From a virus (taxonomy: Duplodnaviria; Caudoviricetes), in IMG/VR virus record IMGVR_UViG_3300027571_000061, positions 1 through 26,821 of that record: 26,821 nucleotides of DNA; one strand, written 5' to 3'. The notes under the pieces are model-generated. The model saw only the letters and a list, made by a program, of their open reading frames with translations. It searched no databases and was not told the DNA's origin. Positions within the stretch are counted from its first letter, which is position 1; each line of letters begins with the position of its first letter. Position numbers and translations under genes: made by a program. Below, piece by piece: positions 1 to 8,365 of the stretch.

Positions 1-1839
1 GCTCTTAAAGTATTAAACTTTGGCACTCAAAAAGTCCCAACCTTCAAGGAGGCAAGGGGCAAAGATTGGATTCTATTCGGAGACGAAGGCGAATACAAGA
101 ACCGCTATCCTGAATACTTGCTTGACCTTTACAGAAGGAGCGCAAAGAACCACGCTATAATCAACTCTAAAAAAGATTATGTAGTCGGGCAAGGTTGGGC
201 GGTTAACGCTGAAGGATTGGACACTATGGGACTTGCGAAGTTGCAAGAGTTTATCAACCATCCGAACCAATACGAGTCTTTAAACGACATCTTAGAGAAG
301 GTTGCGCTTGACTACGAACTATATAACGGCTTTGCTCTTGAAATAGTTTACAACCAACTTAACGACAAGATAGCGGCAGTTTATCACGCTGACTTTGCAA
401 GGTATCGAAGCAATGATGACGGCTCTTGCTATTACTACTCGGAGGACTGGAGCAAACACAACCCAGTAGTTGAGAAGATAGAAGCGTTTAACTGGAAAGA
501 GCCAAGTGGCAAACAGTTACTTTACGTTAAAGGTTATTCACCTGACTGCAAGTATTACCCACTACCGACTTATTTAGGGTCTACTTCTTACATTGAACTC
601 GATACTGAAATTGCGAATTTTCATCTCAATAGTTGCAAATCGGGATTTGTTGGCGGGACTATCGTATCTTTTCACAATGGCGAACCCACCGTTGAGGAGC
701 AAGAACAGATTGAAAATCAGATAGTTAGCAAATTTTCGGGTACTGATAATGCTAATTCAATCGTCTTAAACTTCGCAGATTCTAAGGAACGAGGAGTTGA
801 GATTCAGCAACTAAACGGAAACGACTTCGATAAGCGTTTCGACATTCTAAACAAGACGGTACAAAGAGAAATCTACGCTGGACACCAAGTAACCGACCCA
901 GCTTTATTTGGCATCAAGGAGGACGGAATCTTCACTTCAAGAAATCAATTAGTTGATTCGTTTGAGTTGTTCCAAAACACCTACATAAACAACCGTCAAC
1001 AGTTTATTGAAAGGGTGTTTAACGAGTTAGCTTCTTTGCAAGGGCTTTCAAATCGTCTTTATATCCAAGATACCGAACCGATAAGCGTTCAGTTCTCAGA
1101 GGCTACCGTTACGTCTGTAATGACTCAAGAAGAGATTCGCGAGAAGGTCGGACTTCCAAAACTTGAAAAACCACTTGAAGCGGCTAAGACTTCAAAAGAC
1201 GAGGACGACTTATTAATTGAACACTTCAAGAATTGCGGCTCAACGTATTACGAAGCAGTAGGAAACGGTAAGGCTTTGAACTTTGAAAGCGAGACATCCG
1301 CAAGTCTACACGAAGAACTTAACCGAAAGTATTGGTTCGCTGAAGTTAACCCGATTGACACGGCTATTCTTGACATCTTAAAGAAGAATCCAGCCACTCC
1401 ATTCTTAGCAATTGCGGAGCAGTTACAACTATCTATTGAAAGAGTTATGGCTGGGCTTCAGGTATTGAATGAATCGAACGCTATTGTGTTGGAGATTGGC
1501 GAAGTGCTAGACTCTAGCCAACGAGTCGTGAATATTACCAAAGAAGGCGAAAGATTACTTAAAGAAATACCACCAGTAGAGGAAGAGTTCGTTATTAGAT
1601 ACACTTACGAAAAAAGACCCGGAGTAAGTGGCGATTCTATTATTCCAACGACTCGCGACTTTTGTAGGAAGCTGGTTAAATTGGTGGAGGAAGAAAATAA
1701 GTCTTGGCAACTTGACGAAATACAAGACATAGGAGTAAGTCAAAATAGAAATGTATGGATGCGAGGCGGTGGCTTTTGGGGTAGTAGTTACCATTGCCGC
1801 CACTACTGGAAACAGAAACTAATGCGTATAAAGAAGTAA
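1..1839 (+). CDS. Phage portal protein (5'-truncated) with C-terminal wHTH-like and Cys/His (MuF-like) extension
   Basis: Frame is open from base 1 (ALKVLNFGTQKVPTFKEARGKDWILFG...), so the true start is upstream. Portal-like motifs: YRRSAKNHAII, DYELYNGFALEI, YYPLPTY, FSGTDNAN, AGHQVTDPALFGI. Followed by head-tail connector genes. Confidence 0.85.
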   Translation, partial: ALKVLNFGTQKVPTFKEARGKDWILFGDEGEYKNRYPEYLLDLYRRSAKNHAIINSKKDYVVGQGWAVNAEGLDTMGLAKLQEFINHPNQYESLNDILEKVALDYELYNGFALEIVYNQLNDKIAAVYHADFARYRSNDDGSCYYYSEDWSKHNPVVEKIEAFNWKEPSGKQLLYVKGYSPDCKYYPLPTYLGSTSYIELDTEIANFHLNSCKSGFVGGTIVSFHNGEPTVEEQEQIENQIVSKFSGTDNANSIVLNFADSKERGVEIQQLNGNDFDKRFDILNKTVQREIYAGHQVTDPALFGIKEDGIFTSRNQLVDSFELFQNTYINNRQQFIERVFNELASLQGLSNRLYIQDTEPISVQFSEATVTSVMTQEEIREKVGLPKLEKPLEAAKTSKDEDDLLIEHFKNCGSTYYEAVGNGKALNFESETSASLHEELNRKYWFAEVNPIDTAILDILKKNPATPFLAIAEQLQLSIERVMAGLQVLNESNAIVLEIGEVLDSSQRVVNITKEGERLLKEIPPVEEEFVIRYTYEKRPGVSGDSIIPTTRDFCRKLVKLVEEENKSWQLDEIQDIGVSQNRNVWMRGGGFWGSSYHCRHYWKQKLMRIKK

Positions 1840-1840
1840 G

Positions 1841-2404
1841 ATGGCTAACGTATTATTTATATCCGAAACTTTCCTAAAGGACAATACTCTCCTTCACGAG
1901 AATATTGACTTTAAATACTTGCGCCCCGTTGTTCTAATGTGTCAGGACATACACATCCAACACAAGATTGGAACTACTCTTTACGATGAACTAAAAACTC
2001 AGATAACCGCTTCAAGTTTAACTGCCGCAAACCTTACGCTTTTAGAAAACTACATTCAACCTTCTTTATTGTATTGGGTACAAGCTGAAGCACCTACGGC
2101 TATTTCTTACAAGTTCCTAAACAAAGGACTGCACCAACAAAGTTCTGAGAACAGTTCTAACGCTTCGCTTGATGAGATTAATTTTATACAACATAAGTAC
2201 CGAGATAAAGCGGAATGGTACACGGAAAGGTTAGTAAATTTCTTACTAGAAAACAGTACGAACTATCCAGCTTACGCCAACCCGAATAGCGGACTTGATA
2301 CAATACAGCCCGACACTAGAACTTACACAACTGGTATGTTTCTAGGAAACAGAAGAAGAAACATAAGTTTAGAAGATAAATATGAGCGTAAACGTAAATC
2401 GTAA
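1841..2404 (+). CDS. Head-tail adaptor/connector (DUF6712-like)
   Basis: Directly after portal. Motifs QDIHIQHKIGTTLYDELK and YRDKAEWYTERLVNFL are typical of Bacteroidota phage adaptors. Confidence 0.6.
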   Translation: MANVLFISETFLKDNTLLHENIDFKYLRPVVLMCQDIHIQHKIGTTLYDELKTQITASSLTAANLTLLENYIQPSLLYWVQAEAPTAISYKFLNKGLHQQSSENSSNASLDEINFIQHKYRDKAEWYTERLVNFLLENSTNYPAYANPNSGLDTIQPDTRTYTTGMFLGNRRRNISLEDKYERKRKS

Positions 2405-2427
2405 GAACTTAGACAAGCTAAAGAAAT

Positions 2428-2856
2428 ATGTACACGCTCAACGAAATACTAACCTTAATCGAAAACGAGGCGACTGCACACCTTCAGGTGAACCAGTACG
2501 GACACGGGGACGTTTGGGAAATCAACCCGAAGGAACTTGACTACCTTGTTCTTTGGGCTATTGAAGAGAGCGTTGTATTAAGCGAGAGAACTTTAACTTA
2601 TAACATTCGACTTTTGGCGATGGATAGAGTCTTACCGGGCGAAGAGAACGAGCAAGAAGTAATGTCGGACACGATTCAAGTTTTGCTTGACTTTGTAGCT
2701 TACTTCCGACAGTTGCATACAACCGATTTAAGCATACAACCGAGCGTAACACTTGAACCATTCACCGAACGCTTTGATGACAAGGTAAGCGGACACGCTT
2801 GTGTTCTTTCGATTACTCAACCATACGACTATAACAAGTGCCAAATACCAATTTAA
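2428..2856 (+). CDS. Putative tail terminator / head-tail joining protein
   Basis: 142 aa, acidic, motif EPFTERFDDKVSGH; position after the adaptor. Confidence 0.5.
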   Translation: MYTLNEILTLIENEATAHLQVNQYGHGDVWEINPKELDYLVLWAIEESVVLSERTLTYNIRLLAMDRVLPGEENEQEVMSDTIQVLLDFVAYFRQLHTTDLSIQPSVTLEPFTERFDDKVSGHACVLSITQPYDYNKCQIPI

Positions 2857-2859
2857 AAA

Positions 2860-3120
2860 ATGACTGATTCACAAAAATTACTCGGAGGCAGAGGATGCAA
2901 AGTTCTCGGTGCTGCCGCACACACTTCACTAACGGGCTACGCTTTTATCGCTCAGGAGGACACGGTTGTTACCGTTTTTACCGTAGGCTCAACTGACTCT
3001 TTAGCCGCTTACGGGTTAAGTACTCCGCTCAAAGCTGGGGCTTACATCGTTGTTCCAAGTGGCGAAGCTATTACTGCCATTACTTTGACAAGCGGAAGCG
3101 TTATCGTTTATAACCAATGA
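2860..3120 (+). CDS. Small beta-rich virion protein (hypothetical)
   Basis: 86 aa, rich in Ala/Thr/Gly/Val, ends ITLTSGSVIVY; ATGA-coupled to the next gene. Confidence 0.55.
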   Translation: MTDSQKLLGGRGCKVLGAAAHTSLTGYAFIAQEDTVVTVFTVGSTDSLAAYGLSTPLKAGAYIVVPSGEAITAITLTSGSVIVYNQ

Positions 3121-4088
3121 TAGCTAGTTCTAAAATAGGACTTCGACCAATTCGCGGAGGAGGAGGAGGTGCTGCACCTAATCCCGATTTTGTTTCAACG
3201 TGGGACACTACGCAAGCTGGGTCGGCTTCTGATACTATTGTCTTACCTATGACTGCGGGTAATACTGTTGATTGGGGAGATGGAACTATCAATACTTTAA
3301 ACACACATACTTACGCAGTTGGTGGTATATACATAGTTACCATATCTGGTGCAATAACTACATTTAGATTTGCTGGTGCTGGTGATTACAGAAAAATTAT
3401 AGACATCAGCAATTGGGGGTCTTTTGACATTGCAAGCGATAGAATATTCCAAAATTGCGCTAACTTAAATGTTACCGCAACAGATAAACCTTTGTTATCA
3501 AGTGTAAACTCAGCAGTCGCCACATTTAGAAATGCTAATTTAATAAATGTAGATTTCTCTGGTTGGGATTTTTCTATATGTACTAACTTCACTTTTTTCG
3601 TTAATAATGGAATGAGTGGTGGTAGCATAAGTGGTATCATTCACGCTGGCGTTACAACTTTGAGTCAATCTTTCAAAGGTTCAATTTTAGGTGACCAAGA
3701 CCTTTCAACTTGGGTAGTGACTAATATTACCAATTGGAACGAAACATTCCAAAATGCGAATCTTGGTGCTAATACTGATGTATCTAATTGGATTGTCCAA
3801 GGGGGCTTAGTTAGAACATTTCAGGGTAATACTTTATTTGAAGGGAATGGTTTACCAACTTGGAATATTGTTGGAATAACTTCAACTAACAATCCATTCT
3901 CCAATACTAATATCACGACAGTAAACTACGATGCTTTATTAGTAGCTTGGGAAGCACAAGCACCACCTAACGCTATAGGTATAAACTTCGGTTCTGCTCA
4001 ATACACGATAGGCTCAGCAGCAGACACGGCAAGAACTAGTCTTATCACAACTTACGGTTGGACGATAACAGATGGTGGTGGAATTTAA
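3117..4088 (+). CDS. Virion surface adhesin: PKD-like domain plus DUF285/BspA-like repeats
   Basis: Poly-Gly linker, then FVSTWDT and VDWGDG...THTYAVGGIYIVTISG (PKD-like), then repeats (DFSGWDFS, DLSTWVVTNIT, DVSNWIV, GLPTWNIV), NYDALLVAW and C-terminal GWTITDGG. Confidence 0.7.
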   Translation: MIASSKIGLRPIRGGGGGAAPNPDFVSTWDTTQAGSASDTIVLPMTAGNTVDWGDGTINTLNTHTYAVGGIYIVTISGAITTFRFAGAGDYRKIIDISNWGSFDIASDRIFQNCANLNVTATDKPLLSSVNSAVATFRNANLINVDFSGWDFSICTNFTFFVNNGMSGGSISGIIHAGVTTLSQSFKGSILGDQDLSTWVVTNITNWNETFQNANLGANTDVSNWIVQGGLVRTFQGNTLFEGNGLPTWNIVGITSTNNPFSNTNITTVNYDALLVAWEAQAPPNAIGINFGSAQYTIGSAADTARTSLITTYGWTITDGGGI

Positions 4089-4098
4089 AATTTAGAAA

Positions 4099-4317
4099 AT
4101 GAACAGTATTATAAACCCACCAGTTAGGACTTATTGGATTACATTCGATGGCGATGACAAAGAATCTGTATTAGGTTACGGATGGACAGACCCGAACCAA
4201 AGAACTGACACTATTCAGGTTTGGGAAACAACAATAGACGAAGAAGTTTGGATTGCGAGACTGCTAGAATATGGAATCATTCCAGAAATTGATGAACAAG
4301 GTAACTTAGTTTTATAA
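4099..4317 (+). CDS. Hypothetical acidic protein (possible adhesin partner/chaperone)
   Basis: 72-aa ORF with A-rich start, TAATG-coupled to the holin. Confidence 0.55.
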   Translation: MNSIINPPVRTYWITFDGDDKESVLGYGWTDPNQRTDTIQVWETTIDEEVWIARLLEYGIIPEIDEQGNLVL

Positions 4318-4544
4318 TGGAAATTTTACTAGAAGCGTTTACGCAGTATGGCATAGCTGGGGTCTTTTTAGGTGTGCTTATCTTTTATCTTAATAAGTTA
4401 ACCGACATCCATAGAGACGAACGGAAGGACTGGCAAGAGGCGAACGACAAGCACGTAGACAAGTTCAGCGATGTAATAGCGGATAACACAAAGGCGTTAG
4501 TTGAGATGCGCGGAGAACTAAAAGAAAACCGTTGCAAAATGTAA
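4317..4544 (+). CDS. Putative holin (single N-terminal TMD plus coiled coil)
   Basis: Hydrophobic segment YGIAGVFLGVLIFYL, charged C-terminus, immediately upstream of the endolysin. Confidence 0.6.
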   Translation: MEILLEAFTQYGIAGVFLGVLIFYLNKLTDIHRDERKDWQEANDKHVDKFSDVIADNTKALVEMRGELKENRCKM

Positions 4545-4580
4545 AGTGGTGCGCTTGGCGACCAGTAGAATGTAACTGTA

Positions 4581-5072
4581 ATGGAAACTGCAAAGAAGAA
4601 ATCACCAAGACCAAGCGCGGCAAAGATAGCCGCAGAGGTCATAAAAGAGTTTGAAGGCTACTCCTCAGAGCCTTATCTCTGCCCGGCTAACATTCCGACC
4701 ATAGGTTACGGAAATACAATGTATGCCAACGGTGAAAGGGTTACAATGGACGACAAAGAGATAGATAATAAGGAAGCGGATAAGATGCTGCTAGACACTA
4801 TTAAGTCGGTCGAGAAGCAAGTAAAGAATGTCGTGGAGGTGAAACTTCCAGCCCACAAATTAGCGGCTTTAATTTCGTTTACATATAATGTAGGAATCGG
4901 CAACTTCTCAAAGTCTACTTTATTAGCTTGGTTAAATTCAAACCCTAACTATTCAGAAATACCTAGCCAGTTCAGGCGTTGGAACAAAGGCGGAGGAAGA
5001 GTTCTTAAAGGATTAATTCGCAGACGAGAAGCTGAGATTGAGATTTGGGAAGGGACATCGCAATACGTTTAG
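4581..5072 (+). CDS. Endolysin, GH24 phage lysozyme
   Basis: Catalytic E-x8-C-x5-T (EGYSSEPYLCPANIPTIGYG), ALISFTYNVGIGNF, RWNKGGGRVLKGLIRRREAE. Confidence 0.93.
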   Translation: METAKKKSPRPSAAKIAAEVIKEFEGYSSEPYLCPANIPTIGYGNTMYANGERVTMDDKEIDNKEADKMLLDTIKSVEKQVKNVVEVKLPAHKLAALISFTYNVGIGNFSKSTLLAWLNSNPNYSEIPSQFRRWNKGGGRVLKGLIRRREAEIEIWEGTSQYV

Positions 5073-5632
5073 TTAAGGAGTTTCTTCCTTACATTCTTGC
5101 TTTCTTGCTGGGTCTTATCGTGGCTTGGCAAGGGTGCAACTCAGAAGCTAAAACCATAACAAAGGTAATAGAGCGACCAGTTCCGACTATTAAATACGTT
5201 GATAGATGGCGAACCGATACCGTTAGGTTTGTTTCTAAAGAACTTGTTACTCGTTACGATACAATCTACTCGGATAAGATAGTTATTCGCTTAGATACAA
5301 TGTTATTGATAGACACTTTTAAGATAGTGGAAACGTGGCTTACTGAAGTAGCTAATTATGACACGACAGTAAACGACATTAGATTAACTTGGTCTAACTA
5401 TCAGAACAGAACCGAGAACTTGAAAGTGCAATTGAGGAAGAAACCTTTGGGCTGGGCGTTAGGTGTTCACGGATTGGTCGGGCTTCAAAGCGATTTTGTC
5501 GAAAGTTACACGCCTTTGTTTGGGGTTGGCTTACAAGCAACTATAAAAAGAACTTACATTAGCGCAAACTATGGCTTTAACGGTCAACACTTTGTAGGTG
5601 TTGGCATTGGTCGAAACATTATAAGCAGATGA
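5045..5632 (+). CDS. Membrane-anchored lysis accessory protein (spanin-like candidate)
   Basis: N-terminal hydrophobic helix ending in QGC, repeated xDTx linker motifs, C-terminal amphipathic Gly-rich beta strands; overlaps the endolysin end. Confidence 0.5.
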   Translation: MGRDIAIRLVKEFLPYILAFLLGLIVAWQGCNSEAKTITKVIERPVPTIKYVDRWRTDTVRFVSKELVTRYDTIYSDKIVIRLDTMLLIDTFKIVETWLTEVANYDTTVNDIRLTWSNYQNRTENLKVQLRKKPLGWALGVHGLVGLQSDFVESYTPLFGVGLQATIKRTYISANYGFNGQHFVGVGIGRNIISR

Positions 5633-5823
5633 CATACCACACAAACCCGATTACAAGAGAAGCAATCGACAAACTACTCCAAAAGAACGCTTCAAATCAA
5701 GCTAATTTAGGTACTGAGTCGACTGATTTAGAACGATTTGAGACAAAGATTAAGTGGGCGGAGTTACTTCGGGAAATTCGTTCGCTAGATGCTGAGTTTG
5801 CAGACATAGTTCAGGCACAATGA
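5629..5823 (+). CDS. Hypothetical protein
   Basis: 64 aa, ATGA overlaps at both ends. Confidence 0.65.
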   Translation: MTYHTNPITREAIDKLLQKNASNQANLGTESTDLERFETKIKWAELLREIRSLDAEFADIVQAQ

Positions 5824-6533
5824 AGGAAGTTCGACCTCGAATAAAGGGGCAAATGCTGGATGCTTGGAATAACCTAACCCGAAAGGAGCGTAGGATTCTA
5901 GTAATAGGCGACTTGCACGAACCATTCTGTTTAGACGGCTACCTTGACTTCTGCAAAGAGACATACCGAAAGCACAATTGCAACCAAGTTATATTTATTG
6001 GCGACTGCATTGATTCGCATTACTCCAGTTTTCACGAAACCGACCCGGACGGTTTAGGCGGAGGGCAAGAACTTGAGTTAGCAATAAATAGATTGGCGAG
6101 ATGGGTGGAGGCTTTCCCAGTTGCTGACGTAACTATAGGAAACCACGACCGTATAATCTCAAGAAAGGCTTTCTCAGGCGGTATTCCGAAGGCTTGGATT
6201 AAGTCCTTTAACGAAGTGCTTAACGCTCCAACTTGGCGATTTGTTGACCGAGTTGCTTACGATGGGGTTCAGTATGTTCACGGAGAAGCTGGTACGGCTC
6301 GGACTAAATGCCGCGCAGATATGCAAAGCACGGTTCAAGGACATCTTCACACGCAATGCTATTCAGAGTGGTACGTTGGTCAGAACTTTAAAGTCTTTGG
6401 CACTCAGGTCGGTTGTGGAATTGACTTCGATAAGTACGCTTTCGCTTACGCTAAACGAGGCAAGAAACCAGCGATAGGATGTGCCGTTGTAATAGGTGGA
6501 AAGACAGTTATAAACGAACTAATGGACTTATGA
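5820..6533 (+). CDS. Calcineurin-like metallophosphoesterase
   Basis: Motifs GDLH, GDCID, GNHD, HG and GHLH in canonical order. Confidence 0.9.
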   Translation: MKEVRPRIKGQMLDAWNNLTRKERRILVIGDLHEPFCLDGYLDFCKETYRKHNCNQVIFIGDCIDSHYSSFHETDPDGLGGGQELELAINRLARWVEAFPVADVTIGNHDRIISRKAFSGGIPKAWIKSFNEVLNAPTWRFVDRVAYDGVQYVHGEAGTARTKCRADMQSTVQGHLHTQCYSEWYVGQNFKVFGTQVGCGIDFDKYAFAYAKRGKKPAIGCAVVIGGKTVINELMDL

Positions 6534-6730
6534 TTATATTCTTACTAACCGTTTCCGTTTGTCTCCTTTTACTGGTTGTCGGGATGCTCTTATATATAGG
6601 TTATAAGGTTCGCCAATTTGAAGATACTCAAGACGTTATCTTTGATGCCGCAGTCAGCGCAGAGGAGCGTAACCGGGAGATAGAACTAAACCAAGAGGCA
6701 ATTCTTAACGCCTATTCTCGACAGAATTAA
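6530..6730 (+). CDS. Small membrane protein
   Basis: ATG at 6530 overlaps the upstream stop (ATGA), preferred over 6479. Long hydrophobic N-terminus IIFLLTVSVCLLLLVVGMLLYIGY. Confidence 0.6.
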   Translation: MIIFLLTVSVCLLLLVVGMLLYIGYKVRQFEDTQDVIFDAAVSAEERNREIELNQEAILNAYSRQN

Positions 6731-6769
6731 GTTCAAAATAAAAATAATTTAAAAAAACTTTGCTTATTG

Positions 6770-6820
6770 TAGTGATTATTCAAAAGGTTATTTATATATT
6801 TGGGGTGTCATTAAAAAACA
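6770..6820 (+). promoter_or_regulatory. Bacteroidota-type housekeeping promoter with putative operator (repeat copy 1)
   Basis: TATATTTG (TAnnTTTG -7 element) at 6795-6802, preceded by near-palindrome TGATTATTCA; 51-bp repeat shared with 7193-7243. Confidence 0.75.
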
Positions 6821-6828
6821 GACACGCC

Positions 6829-7020
6829 ATGAATGCTTTTCTTATCACATCGCCAAAAGGAGTTTCAGAATGGAAATCTACATTTGTAGAAACTCAAGAA
6901 GAAATGAACAGACTTGAAAAAGTTGGTGTTGTTTCAAACGTCACAGTTCAACAGTTTGTGAACGGAGTTCTTGCAAAGTCTTTTACTTACAACTGGAACG
7001 GTGTACAATGGGAAAAGTAG
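6829..7020 (+). CDS. Hypothetical early protein
   Basis: ATG at 6829 just downstream of the promoter (MNAFLITSPKG...); the TTG start at 6760 would span the promoter. Confidence 0.65.
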   Translation: MNAFLITSPKGVSEWKSTFVETQEEMNRLEKVGVVSNVTVQQFVNGVLAKSFTYNWNGVQWEK

Positions 7021-7190
7021 ACGAAAGAGGTCAGTTATACGAGGCTCACACTTTGCGAAGTGGTGAGGTCGTTTGGTTCTACTCTGACCAGCTCCACAAG
7101 GTTTTTCAATTAGCAGAGTTGTATAAAATAGACGTTTATACATTGAGCGGAATGATGGAGGCAAAAAAACTTCTAAAAAAAACGCATTGA
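7008..7190 (+). CDS. Hypothetical early protein
   Basis: 60-aa ORF overlapping the previous stop and ending just before promoter copy 2. Confidence 0.5.
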   Translation: MGKVDERGQLYEAHTLRSGEVVWFYSDQLHKVFQLAELYKIDVYTLSGMMEAKKLLKKTH

Positions 7191-7192
7191 TA

Positions 7193-7243
7193 TAGTGATT
7201 ATTCAAAAGGTTATTTATATATTTGACGTGTCATTAAAAAACA
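7193..7243 (+). promoter_or_regulatory. Promoter/operator repeat copy 2
   Basis: 49/51 identical to 6770-6820; TATATTTG at 7218-7225. Confidence 0.75.
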
Positions 7244-7250
7244 CAACAAA

Positions 7251-7397
7251 ATGAAAAACGAAACGCTAACACTTGAAGACATCTTAAACAGCGAACTAAT
7301 CACGGGAATGATTGAGCAAGAAGACAAAGACCTTGCCGAAGCTGGATGGACTTACAAAGAAGTAAAGAGCCTAGCCGACTCAATCGCTAAGAAATAA
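7251..7397 (+). CDS. Small acidic early protein (48 aa, absent from ORF track)
   Basis: MKNETLTLEDILNSELITGMIEQEDKDLAEAGWTYKEVKSLADSIAKK*, with A-rich start right after promoter copy 2. Confidence 0.65.
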   Translation: MKNETLTLEDILNSELITGMIEQEDKDLAEAGWTYKEVKSLADSIAKK

Positions 7398-7440
7398 AAC
7401 CAACGGGGCAACCATAAGAACGCCCCACAATAACAGAACA

Positions 7441-7689
7441 ATGAACTACTTAACATTTCAAGAGCGACTTTCCGATTTGCAGATACCAGCATTCGTAAGA
7501 AGAACCGCCAACCGAGCCTTAGACTATTTGCAATCTTCCGAGAGTGTAACAATGCGAGTAGAGCCTTTTGCATTTTGGCAGATGGTAAGGTACTCAAGAG
7601 CGGAGCCTATCAAGTCCGGGCTTTATACTTTCATCCGTATTTATGACGACCAGCAGAACGCGGTTGATATTCAAACTTTAAATTCTTAA
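7441..7689 (+). CDS. Hypothetical protein
   Basis: 82-aa ORF; start context AACAGAACAATGAAC nearly identical to that of 7721. Confidence 0.65.
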   Translation: MNYLTFQERLSDLQIPAFVRRTANRALDYLQSSESVTMRVEPFAFWQMVRYSRAEPIKSGLYTFIRIYDDQQNAVDIQTLNS

Positions 7690-7720
7690 CTTTAATTAAT
7701 AATCATCAAAAAACAGAACG

Positions 7721-8125
7721 ATGAACGAAACGCAGAAAGAGAGGCTTACGCTTCTCGCAAAAGAAAACGGTCTAAACAAAGACCACTTTTTTAAAAGTCC
7801 TCAAGGCTTTGTAATTATAACCCGACAAGGAATTGAGCGCATCCAAGCGCACAAGTGCATCCGAGTTAGCTACAATGTAGTCAGCTTATCGGACGACCTT
7901 AAACACGTAGTTATCAAAGCTACTGGCGAGATGTCTAACGGTAACGGTTTACCTATTCAAATGGAAACATTCGGAGAGTCTGCACCTGACAACACGCGGC
8001 AAAAGTACCCGGTTGCTATGGCAGAGAAACGAGCCTTATCAAGAGTAGTTTTAAAACTCTCAGGACTGTACGAAGTAGGCGTATTTGGAGAAGATGAATC
8101 GGACGACTTTAAAAGAGCAAAATAA
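7721..8125 (+). CDS. Putative single-strand annealing protein (Rad52/Sak-like)
   Basis: Motifs ETFGES and AMAEKRALSRVVLKLSG...GEDESDDF; lies upstream of YqaJ exonuclease and SSB. Function is inferred from context. Confidence 0.5.
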   Translation: MNETQKERLTLLAKENGLNKDHFFKSPQGFVIITRQGIERIQAHKCIRVSYNVVSLSDDLKHVVIKATGEMSNGNGLPIQMETFGESAPDNTRQKYPVAMAEKRALSRVVLKLSGLYEVGVFGEDESDDFKRAK

Positions 8126-8364
8126 TGGACTGGATAAAAATAAAAGGGGGTAAAGCACCAACGCCATTTGATGAGGTATTGCTTTGTGTTGATGGATTTG
8201 ACGTGCCAATACAAGGTTGTTATAACGATATAACCGAAACCTTTCATACAAGTTCAGAAGTTATTTGCGCGAACGGAGACAGACCGCGTGTAGGGCTAAC
8301 AAATTATATACCTTACTACGTAACTCATTGGATGCCATTACCTAAACTACCAAAAAAACAATAA
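8125..8364 (+). CDS. DUF551-domain protein
   Basis: N-terminal MDWIKI and C-terminal VTHWMPLPKLP signature. Confidence 0.75.
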   Translation: MDWIKIKGGKAPTPFDEVLLCVDGFDVPIQGCYNDITETFHTSSEVICANGDRPRVGLTNYIPYYVTHWMPLPKLPKKQ

Positions 8365-8365
8365 G

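Noticed and set aside
3117-4088. Diversity-generating retroelement target
   Set aside because: No reverse transcriptase and no adenine-variant template repeat seen in the window; one elsewhere in the genome cannot be excluded.
4581-4660. SAR endolysin
   Set aside because: The N-terminal Ala-rich stretch is short and interrupted by Lys and Glu, so it is not a convincing signal-anchor-release helix.
6760-6828. N-terminal extension of the ORF ending at 7020
   Set aside because: It would translate through the promoter repeat; the ATG at 6829 is the sensible start.
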